A DNA stretch of 64,000 nucleotides from Podarcis tiliguerta. Its lineage: Eukaryota. The notes beneath the pieces were generated by a model that was not told where the DNA came from, searched no databases, and saw only the letters and a list, made by a program, of their open reading frames with translations. A program made the translations under genes and the position numbers. This document shows, piece by piece, positions 46,513 through 56,882 of this stretch. The DNA is taken from the NCBI GenBank assembly GCA_965153285.1, contig OZ229118.1; one strand, 5' to 3'. The first letter of the stretch is position 1; every line of letters begins with the position of its first letter.

Positions 46513-49500
46513 CAACCGTCCTGGAATGGGATGTGCTGCCACTTGTATGAGAATGGAAGTCGGGGGAGGGCTGGTCAAAGATGGAGAAGTCGTCGGTTTC
46601 TCCCTCCCCAAGGTCGGAGAAAACGTCGTGTCCTTCAAAGGTTGATGTGTGGCTGCCAGTCCCTGTGCTATGGATTCTGCCACCAGAACCTGAGGTGAAA
46701 AACTCTTTTGCATTCAGAGGTAGGGTAGAAAAGTCAGAGGAGCCACTTCCACCGGTCCCAGTGGTCACTCTCGTGTGGGTGGTGCCTCCTGCTTCTCTGG
46801 TTAAATCTTTAGAATGGAAACAGTCCAAACCATCAGATGTTTTATACTCTTCAACAACCTCTTCTCTGGGACCTTCAGGACCTCTGATCACTTTTCTAGT
46901 GATGGTTTTGACGCATGTACGGGAGAGACGAGACTCAGAAGGACCGACTATTTTCAAACTACTGGAGGTATCGCCTCTGCCAGAGGTAGCCCCTCCAAAA
47001 GCAGGAGTGACTAACTTGCTAGTATGTGGTTGTCCAGCAGCCTCTGAATCTTCCAATACGACTTCAACCAGTTTGATACGATTAATGATGCCTGCTTCTT
47101 GTTCCGACAGAGGAGCAGTTTTAAAATGGCTAGGGACAGTGGAATCCTTCAGGGGTCTCATTTTCAGTACCCTCAAGGGAGCAGCTTCATATGCCGGCTG
47201 CAAGTTGATGGAGCTGGCCTGTAAAAGCAGCTTCTGTATCTTGTCATAGCTATCGGTGTCCACATTGTAGTTGACAGCTCGAGAACAGGACCCTCCGCAG
47301 GAACGCACCTTAATATCAATGTCCACCTAGGCAGAGATGGAAAGGTGAAAATACAAATGGGAGAAGAAGAGACGTGTGTCAGTCTGGCAAGTGTTTACAG
47401 TATTATGGTCAACCAACCTATAAGACAAAATGCAATGTATAAAATACAAAACCACAACCTCAGTATAAATGTGCTTGCTTTGATTCCTAAGTCTGCCGAA
47501 GCTGTTGTATCCTTAAGTATTTATTGGGCTATTTTGTTTGTAAAGGAGGAATGCCACTGGGCTATTGCTGATGGCAGTTTCATCACTGCTTGAAGTGACC
47601 CCAAAAGGTTTTGTTGTAAAACAAAGAAGCCAAACCCTCATCTATAGCAGTAAGGCATTGCTCAACAGAAAATAGTTAGAATTTGTCCAATTCCACCAGA
47701 AGTTGAGAAGAATGCCTCTTGTACTGTACTTTCACAGAAGATGGATGCCCTTGAGAAAGGGCGAGTGGGTAGAATTCAGCCCAGACAAGAATTTATTTTA
47801 TTTTTTTTGGAAAAAATGGTTGCAGCCTACCTCTAAACGCTTCATCTCTACAACTTGGTTCCGGATGGTGTTCTGCAGCACTTTAATCCGGCTAACTTGG
47901 TCAGCAACTCTCTGCTTCAGCGTCACAAGTCTCCTTCTCAGGTCGTCAGATATTTGGCCATAGTTATCATCAAGTTCTGAAGCAAAAGAAGCCGCAATAG
48001 CTTAGTCTTTCCCCACAATAGCTATTTCAAGGCACAGGTTGAATTACAATGATAATAACAACACATTATACTGTATAAGGACACTAGGTAGGAGGAAATT
48101 AGCAAGTGGCTCCTGTAGGGCCAAACCCTAATGACCCTTGATGATACTGTCTTTTTCTTCAGATCGGGACAGCAGTATCTGAGAGGGAGGGTTGACTTTC
48201 CCTCCTCATGCTGCTTTCCCATTGAAAAACACTCCTGAAGACACACCCACCCCAGTCATGATCCCAGCATAGATCAAGGTGCCCTGTGGGTGCCATTTGT
48301 AGATAAAAGCACTTGGGTACTGTCAACTTTTTTGCCAGGCTCAAGGACGCATGCATCCATGTATGCCTGAATTATGCATCCCTATTACTTAATCTTCCAA
48401 CCTTTAGTTCTGCACTGGAACCCACAAAATTCACCTCTTAGAGAGAGGTGCTGAAAAACCTCACTGCATGAGCTGGCAGTCTCTTTTGTAGCCATTTGAA
48501 TCCTAGCTTTTTTTACTTCCCCCTTTCTGTGTATTCCATTCATGTTAGATTTTAATTTGTTAAAGAAATGTTGGAAGAAAGTAATAATGAATTCTCCTCA
48601 TATCTAGGCCATAAATATTCAGGAAGAATATCGGGGGCCTAACTTACTGGGAGGGCACATGCTTTACATGCAAAAGGCCCCAGTTCACCCTGACATCTCC
48701 AGTTAAGTTCAACCTGTGACATCTCTAGTTAGTTCAGCTTCAACAACACTGAACTAGGTGGACCAATGGTCTGTTGAGGAATGAAGCATTTTTGGTTGTC
48801 GTTACACTGTAGATACTAAGACAATAAGTGAATATTCATCCTTGAAGAATGAAGCTTTCACTGTTGAAACAGGGTCTCTGATCTGGGGCAGGATAAATCC
48901 TCAGAATTATTTTAGAACATTATTTGAAAGTATATCACATGGTCTGCTTTTGGAAGGGAGATCTGGAGAAAAGCCCACATTTGCCATAATGTTTCAACTT
49001 GGAGGATTGGCCATAGGTCCATGTGGTCCTTGACGCCAAAACAGATAGCCATGCCTGGTTAAAAGCAAAGTAATTAATGAAGATGGTGTGATAATTGTAA
49101 ATTGGGAGGCTGCTGATTAGGCTTTGGCTAAGGGTGCTTCTCTCCCAATTGTCTCAAACAGTTGTTAAAGGCCTTGCTGTAACTGATGTTACACTGGATA
49201 TGCAGGCTGACACCGTGTGTTCAAGAATCCTGTGCGTTCAGCCTTTCTCATGATATAGACCCACTAGGCACATGCACCTAGAAGTGGGTGCCCTTCTACA
49301 GAACTTTGGCTCTGAGTGCAGGGGCCCAGGGGTGCAGCCAGCTGGTGTGATCCTGCTCCCCTCTTTGTATGATTATGCATGGAGGTAGCTTGTGAAAGGA
49401 GATTATTTTGACAGTGGAATCATACAAAGCAAGTGTGTTGTGAAAGTTTTTGTTGCTCTTGATGGGTCTTCCTTATGTGTAATTATAACACCTACAATTC

Positions 49501-52402
49501 TAGTCTGTCATGTATGAGCTAGTTGAGATTCTTGCACTGCAGGGGGCTGGAGTAAGCGACCCTCCAGATCCCTTCTATGATTCTGTGACTGTTACTTGAG
49601 TCTACTTGGTCTTATATAATAAGGAAGCAACAAGCAATTGCTTGTATTTGGCGATTGTTAGAGAAGTCAGATGACAATACACTTGTGTGGATGATACTCA
49701 CGTTGCTCACTGGCCAGATTTCTATCCAGATAGCCATTGATTTCCTGTTTAATAATGTTTGATGTCTTGTAGCTGTTTTGATTATCCGCAAGCAGTTTCT
49801 TAATTTTGTTTATCCTGTCAGCAAAATCCTGGTCTGTTTCGTCTATCAGTCCCTGCATCCGGCATCCTGAAGGACATTTAGTGCCCTGAAATGAGGAAAT
49901 AGCAAATAAAATAAAATTACAGATGAAACATCTGCCATGTCACTTATTTGGTCCTCAAGGTTCATTATTTTATTATTACTGCTAATAGAGATTTAATTAT
50001 AATCACATGTAATTTAATTATCACATGAGATTTAATTATAATCACATGCCCAGTTTCAACCATGTTTGCTTGACATGCCACATTGCTTATGCAGGAATGC
50101 TACCTGGAGAAGCTGGTTTAATTTGACTTCCTAGCAATAATAACATTGTTCTGTATTTATAGCAACTTTGTCACATGTGAATATATTTTTAGGAAACGCA
50201 GTGCTGTGTATTTTTTCTAAGATGTGTGTGCCCAAAATCTAGCACACAGGGTGCTCAACAGCTAGACTCTGTACATGTTTGCTCCTGCTGTGATGTCTGA
50301 CTGAATTCAGCGGGTTATATGTGTAGTCTGAATTGACTTTATTAATAATCAATGAAAGCTTTTTAATTAATAAACAATACATAGTTTTTCATCCTTGATT
50401 TTCAGTTAATCTAGAAATTTGAAGAAACCCTTTGTAGCAATTTCTGAATTGCAGGCGTGTTGTGGTATCATTGTATATCTATGTCATTAGGGTCTATTGT
50501 GCCATGACTGTGATTTTGTATGGAGACCGTGGTACACAGCAAAAAGTGTGATGAATGTGCTTCAGGCTTGTTCACTCTTACCCATTCGTCATCAGAGCAT
50601 ACTGGCCAATTCTTTTCAGATTTGCAGTCAGACTGGGCTTTATGCTCCACTATTCTTGGGCCACGTACTCCTCCTCCAAGCTCTGTAAAGGAGGCATCAC
50701 CTTCTGCTGCCTGTCATAGGAGAGGAAAAACATCAAAACAATATTATAACTTATTTAATCTAATTTATTGCTACGTATCTCTTTCTCTTTCCTTCCCCAA
50801 GTGGCATACATGGTTATCTGTCTGACATTCTAACCACTATATCACACTGTCTCTTTAATAATGATTTACTGAGTTACTAAAACAACCAAAAATATACCCG
50901 ATGCCCCTAATAATGAAGTCTAGTAGCTAGAAACTCTTGCACTTGTTTCACTAGCATCACAGCAGAGAAACAATGTCATTTACTTTCAAGCTCCGCCTTT
51001 AAAGGTAAATGTTACTATATAGGTGGAGTATAATGCAAGCAAAAGTGCTGTGAGTCATGAGTGAATTTGCTGGAAGTGTGTTTCTGGCACAAAGGACAAC
51101 TTCATGCAATTGATATGCTGTCAAGTACCAAGCAACTGGAAAGTAATAAGCCAAGTAAATCACCAACCAAATATTAGTAAGAAACTGCTGTTACAATTGA
51201 GGTATATGAAAGGTATAGTAACTAAAGAGGAATTTATCACTCATGTAGGCTGCAATCCTCCTCAGTTAAAATCAGTATGCTTTGACACAAAGTTTTGTAT
51301 GCCTCTTTCATTGATACAGCTGGCTAAAATAGCAAATGGATTGGATCAATCCTAATTTAATAGGCTATATGGGTGTTCCATTGACTTGGCTTCTTAGCTT
51401 AGAAGCTAGAGAGAGGCTTATCTGAATCTGTTCCATAGGAAACGTTTGGTTTGGTTAGGCTCATTCATCAAAAGAATCTTTGCTTCAAGCATTTTGTTTC
51501 AGCTTTGAGAACTGCCATGCCCTCGTGTGATTCATTCAGTTTTATTGTGACTTAATTGTAGACTCAATCTTAAAAACAGCAACTCAGCAGTATAGATTGT
51601 CAGAATGATTTCTGCTTTATACAGTTACAAATTACATGAAATGCTGAAACACTGCTAGATTTCATATGAAGGTAATGCATTTATCCTTGGGTTTGCTTTG
51701 GTTTAGGGAGTTATCACATCGTAATTTAATTAATTTTGGGGTCTTTTTTGTAATATAACTGAGAGCTCAGTTAAGTTTTGTTGTTGTATGCAATTACAAC
51801 TTTCATTGACTAGGTTTCATATGAAGAATTCAAAGATAATGCATATCAAAAAGGCTCGTATTATGAACACATGCCTATAAAGCACTCATTTGCCCCAGTC
51901 CAGCAAGGAAGATGCATGCACAGAGATAGGCTAACACATACAGATGACAATGCAGAGACATAGCTGGATGTGCATCCACATCAAAACCCTCATCAGGGTC
52001 CCACTGAGATGCAATCTCTGGAGCTGGTTGAGAAAGCATAGTCCCTTATCTGGGGCCACTTTTATATGCAACCAGTTATGCATTACCTTTTTTCTTGTAT
52101 AGAAACATATAGAAACAAGTACAGATTGTATAGATGGAGATGCAGCCAGATGCCCCAAGAATTGCCCCTCCCGAATTCAAGCATTTGAAAGGAGAAACCC
52201 CCAGATTTCACTTCCATTTCACTGTTCATCTGGTAGTAAGAGGTTTATTTGGGCTGAAATATATTACTTCCTAAGCAAGCAGGTGACCAATAGAACAAAA
52301 AGCAACATAGCTGGTAAGCTAACAGGAGAATCAGATAAAATGAACTCATACCCAAGTGATGCTGAAGCACAGCAGGGCACAGAAGACTCTCAACTGCAAC
52401 AT
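45218..52402 (-). CDS. FGA: Fibrinogen alpha chain; extended alpha-E isoform (740 aa) and short alpha isoform (514 aa, stop at 46292)
   Basis: Exons 52352-52402, 50582-50710, 49702-49885, 47831-47976, then 46318-47326 (alpha-E donor) or 46292-47326 (short form), and 45218-45921. [17 protein letters not shown] signal, FTELGGGVR|GPR knob A, CPSGCRM ring, [10 protein letters not shown], alphaC Cys loop, C-terminal FReD domain. Confidence 0.97.
45968..45973 (-). terminator. Poly(A) signal of the short FGA isoform (within alpha-E intron 5)
   Basis: Only minus-strand AATAAA seen between the short-form stop (46292) and the exon 6 acceptor (45922). Confidence 0.65.
46292..47326 (-). CDS. FGA: FGA exon 5 (alphaC region; internal donor after 46318 for alpha-E)
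   Basis: 344-codon [19 protein letters not shown]...[12 protein letters not shown]; CAG|GTACC donor at 46318/46317. Confidence 0.95.
46475..46510 (-). repeat. Coding (AGC)n repeat giving a 12-Ser run in FGA alphaC
   Basis: (CTG)9 on the plus strand within exon 5. Confidence 0.9.
47831..47976 (-). CDS. FGA: FGA exon 4
   Basis: [23 protein letters not shown]...VEMKRLE. Confidence 0.94.
49702..49885 (-). CDS. FGA: FGA exon 3
   Basis: [30 protein letters not shown]... Confidence 0.94.
50582..50710 (-). CDS. FGA: FGA exon 2 (fibrinopeptide A, knob A)
   Basis: [43 protein letters not shown]. Confidence 0.94.
52352..52402 (-). CDS. FGA: FGA exon 1 (signal peptide)
   Basis: [17 protein letters not shown]|GTATG. 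Confidence 0.88.
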
Positions 52403-52464
52403 CTTCAGAAAGCTGTGGATGTGACAGGAAGGGATGTGTTCCACTTAGGTAGTTTTGGGTTGGA

Positions 52465-52673
52465 TTTAAACCTTGAATTTAAACTATCCATCTCCCCCCA
52501 CAATTAATGATTAGTTTCCCTTTTGTTTGCAGAGTCACAGTGCAACATCTGAGTTTGCTGACCCAGGGGCCTGTTGCACAAATTCCTTGGTTTGTTTGCT
52601 AGAAGTCCGTTTGCACAATTCCAGCAAACACGGAACACAGACGTGGGTGGATAATCCAACCCTATTCCAGGAA
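52465..52673 (-). promoter_or_regulatory. FGA liver/acute-phase promoter
   Basis: TTTAAA TATA-like (52465-52470, 52478-52483), HNF1-like ATTAATGATTAGT (about 52503-52515), FOXA-like TGTTTGC (52524-52530), C/EBP-like TTGCACAA twice, STAT-type TTCCAGGAA (52665-52673). Confidence 0.7.
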
Positions 52674-54839
52674 AGGAGGACCTAAAGTTTGAAATGAATC
52701 ATTGATAGATAGAACACATAGGGGAGAACACAGCGCTGACAAATGTCAACAATCTAGAGCTGGCATTTCTAACATTGATGGAGTGTCACTGCTTAGTACA
52801 TTACAGGAAATACATGGTTACAATGGCCATTTTGTGCTGTACTATTATTGTTTGGATCCAGAAGAAAGAGCCAGCAATGGGGTAAATGAATCATTTCCAA
52901 CACTAGGAATGAAGACATGGATGGATTTAAATAAAGGGCTACAACTTCCTTTAAACAATTGGCTCCTCCAGATTACCTGTTCATTGAGCATTCATCCTCA
53001 TTTGCTTGTACAAATCTTACACACACAAAAATAGATTATATCTGGTCTTTACTGAGTGTTTGTTTTGATTTGTTTGTGGGGCAGTTATATGATAAGTATA
53101 ATTTGTGCTGATTTCATCCTGATTTGCTTGTGAGGCTTTTATATGTCTTCCTTTATTCACCCCACACTTTTCTATGAATTTCCCCATCACTTTCCAAACT
53201 GCAAAAAGTCTGATTATTTTTTAAAGTTGCTTTTTTGTATTATGGTGACAGAAACTATAACTTGCTTTAATTGTGCAAAACTAAATTTAGAGAATGCACT
53301 TAAATTCCTCCCACAAAACAGTGGCTGATGAAACAGTTAATGGAATAACCTAATCTCCCACTTTCCAAAGAGGATGGGGTGGCGTACTTGCCTCTGAGGC
53401 TAGAATGAGGATTCCTCATTCTGCTATCTACCTCCATCAGGTGACCTCACCCTAGGTCAGAGCATTAGCTATCTTTATGGCTGGTGCTGAGGAGGTTGCT
53501 GTTTTATCATTAGTCCCAAACCATCAGATTTTAGGATCAGCGAATCTTCAGTTGCCCAAGGTTGGCTCCTCTCCCTGTTTCTTTCAAGTTGGGAAGCTTT
53601 GCGGAACTGTCTTGGGTAAACGTCCCTTCACCAGGATGATGCCTCAGAGTGCTCACCACTGGGAACATGCGCTGTCTTTACCTTCATTCCCCCACGCACG
53701 TTGTGCCTGCTGCAAGACAGAGCCAGCCTAACTTGTCATTTCTCAGCTTACCTATGACTCCCAAATGTGGATTGCAGGCCTTGCAGTAGATCCCCCCAAG
53801 GACAGATCATGTCCCTTCTAAGAGAGGTGTACCCCACCAATTACACAGTAAGAATTTGCATCAAACTGCTGCCCATTAGTTGTGACTAACATTTGCTCCA
53901 TTATGCCCAATCTGTGTAGGACCGAGGCTGCATGCTTTTGATATGGGACACATTTTGAAAACGCTATCAGTAAATGAATGCTAGGCTCAGTCCAAAGATA
54001 AAGCATGATAATGGGAGAGTTGCAGAGTTACAAGACTATGGACAGATGGCTATTTGAAGGAGCCACACATTCAGCTATCATGGTGGTCATAACATCAGTG
54101 GGACTTCAGTCTTTCCTGATGATATTTTTGTCAATATGCTTGGTGCAAAAAAGAAAAAAGAAAAGGTTACTATGAATCAGGAAGATTATTTTTCAAGGGC
54201 TTTGGTATTTTTTGTACAAGATTCCAATTTCTAACTTTTTATTGATAGAAGTAACACGCTTCTGGAAAGTGGCTTGCTTTAAAAGAGTGGCTATGGTGTG
54301 TTTCTTTTATTTAATAAAACAATTTTACCATGCACTGCCAATCATTGCAGTCATTTCCACCTGAAAATTGCTGAGGGCCCTCTTATTGTAGCAATTGTAA
54401 ATCTGTAGAATTCAAATTGTAATAGAATAAAATACAGAAGCAATAAACATATAATTAAATGTCATAATGAATATTAAGTGTGATGGATATGCCATCTCCC
54501 ACGGTCAACCACAAATCCACTGAGACCCTACAGGTCTCTGGAATGAAACTGATGGTCATAGAGCAGTTTGGGAAACTCTGCTCTATTGGTTCAATCTTCT
54601 AGTTTCAAATTCTCATGTTAGGAAGGCAATGCATATTTAAATATACATAGTAGACAGGCTGTTCAAAATGTTTTAACAGGTTTTGCATGTCCTTGGAAGG
54701 TTTGACTGTGATCTTAGGAGCATGATAGAACAGACCAAAAATCCATGTAAAGTAGCATCCTATTTCCCACAATGGAGTCACCTGATTGCTCCGAAAAGCC
54801 TACAAGCAGAAAGAACATGATGGCAATAACCAGGTGTGC

Positions 54840-55245
54840 TGTAAAGAGTCAGTATCAAAGTAAAGGTTTATCAGTCAAATCCTGTCTTTTTGTTCATATA
54901 TAAGTTCAATAAGGCAGCTTCCGGGATCTTGTAATGTGTTGGTGGGTAAAATCTTGCATTTTTCACCAACCACCGGTTCCCGAAATGATTATACTTTTCA
55001 GGCACATCCACCACGTTTGGCAGTAGTTGCCTCTGTCACCCCATCTACTCCAACAGAATTCTTATGAATATAAGAAAGTTTTATTGCAGTATTTTCAGCA
55101 TCATTTCTTTAATACCGGCTGAAGTACATTTAGAACGGAATTTCTCCCAGATCTTAAACCAATATTCATCTTCAATTTCTACTTCCCAGTTCATTTCCTA
55201 CATGTGTTTTAAACTTCCTGCTGTGCCCCGTATCCTGTAGCATTC
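54840..55245 (-). mobile_element. Degraded LINE (L1-like ORF2) fragment
   Basis: Resemblance to the L1 ORF2 C-terminal Cys/His/Trp-rich region, recognised by eye only; no intact ORF. Confidence 0.4.
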
Positions 55246-56000
55246 ACAGTTTGTGTGTTTGGGAGACACCTTTTTCCATGCTTTCTGTTTCTGCAATCAT
55301 AGCTTCAAACCAGGTAGGCCCCCTAGTAGCCTGCTGTTTAATATGTAGTGATATTATGATAACAGGATCCAGTATTTTTGTATTTCACTTGTGTTTGCTA
55401 CAAATTCTTCTGCAGGGGTTGGTCAAGAAAGTATATAAGAAAAGTCCTGCTGGGTCAGACGAAAGGCCTACCAGTTCTGTGTATCTGTCAGATCTAGGGA
55501 AGTTTTAAATATTTAATGCTGTATTGTTTTTAACACTTGATTGGGAGCTGCCCAGAGTGGCTGGGAAACTCAGCCAGATGGGTGGGGTATAAATAATAAC
55601 TTCTTCTTGTTGTTGTTATACTAGTGGTTAATTTCAGCCACAAAGTGTTTGGTGCAAGTGCATTTTATTCCTAATTAAAACAGTGTGGTTCATAAAGCAC
55701 TGTTCCTATTCCCTTAAAATAAACTGAAGTAATTTCTGGAATATGAATAAATAACAAGGGATGAATAATTTGTTTTAAATGTGAATGGATGGGGTATCAT
55801 TTACTACAAAAACACCTTTACCTAACAATAAGGGATTCAATGAAACGAGTTTGCTTATGAAATTGCCAAATCTGGTAATTTGGTGCTTTTATTCGCAAAA
55901 TCAATTTGCATCAGTGGTCCATCTCAAATAAAACATAGGTGACATTAAATAAAGGGCAGTCAACTATATGTAATAGATTGCGCTTTGTATGGTATTGTTA

Positions 56001-56330
56001 AACCACAGAGCCTAGGGCTTGCCGATCAGGTCGGCGGTTCAAATCCCCGTGACGGGGTGAGCTCCCGTTGCTCGGTCCCTGCTCCTGCCAACCTAGCAGT
56101 TTGAAAGCATGTTAAAGTGCAAGTAGATAAATAGGTACTGCTCCGGCGGGAAGGTAAACGACGTTTCCATGTGCTGCTCTGGTTCACCAGAAGTGGCTTA
56201 GTCATGCTGGCCACATGACCCGGAAGCTGTACGCTGGCTCCCTCGGCCAATAAAGCGAGATAAGTGCTGCAACCCCAGAGTTGGTCACAACTGGACCTAA
56301 TGGTCAGGGGTCCCTTTACCTTTACCTTTA
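56001..56330 (+). mobile_element. Sauria SINE, slightly 5'-truncated, FGA-FGG intergenic
   Basis: Matches the other copies; (ACCTTT)n tail. Confidence 0.85.
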
Positions 56331-56867
56331 GGGTGCTGATGAATAAAGCTAGGAACGCATTTACAGATTTATAAACAATCTTTTGAAGATGATTCTGAAC
56401 ATTTGCTGAATTCCTTTCAATTATTGTGGCAGTTAAGAAGCAATTAATAGTACATTTTCATTTATTAATATTTATTCAAATATATACGGAGAAGAAATGT
56501 TGAACAATAACTACAAATAGTGGTTCTAATCTAGAACAGTTTTTGCCTATGTTGAAGGATATTTTCTTGCATGTGGATTTTGCTATACCATCGTTGGATA
56601 CAGACACAATCTGGAGAACTTCAGGATTCATGCTTTTAAACTTGTGAGCTATTCAGTTTTCCACAACCTTGTGCAAAATTGTGCAACTGTGAATATGCAG
56701 CGGAAAATATGAGCAATGAATGTCTTTTATTGGAGGGCGGAAATGAACATTTAATGATTTGCTTCTCGTTCCAGAGGCTACATTTTGGATGCTTTGTGAA
56801 CTTCAGAGTAGCATTTTTATAAAAGTTTGTGAATTTGACCAGTTAAATCTTTGTTAAAAATGTTCTT

Positions 56868-56882
56868 TTAAACATCTCCAAC
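56868..56882 (-). CDS. FGG: FGG exon 10 coding part (VGDV*)
   Basis: Pyrimidine tract, TTGTAG|GTTGGAGATGTTTAA; equivalent to the mammalian AGDV* exon; AATAAA at 56726-56731. Confidence 0.85.
   Translation of the reverse strand, partial: VGDV

Noticed and set aside
46581-47249. 222-aa plus-strand ORF
   Set aside because: Antisense shadow of FGA exon 5; no independent splice, promoter or domain evidence.
49988-50048. Short tandem duplication (GAGATTTAATTATAATCACATG-like, 2-3 copies) in FGA intron 2; similar slippage at 41886-41916
   Set aside because: Ordinary slippage duplications, not a CRISPR-like or structured array.
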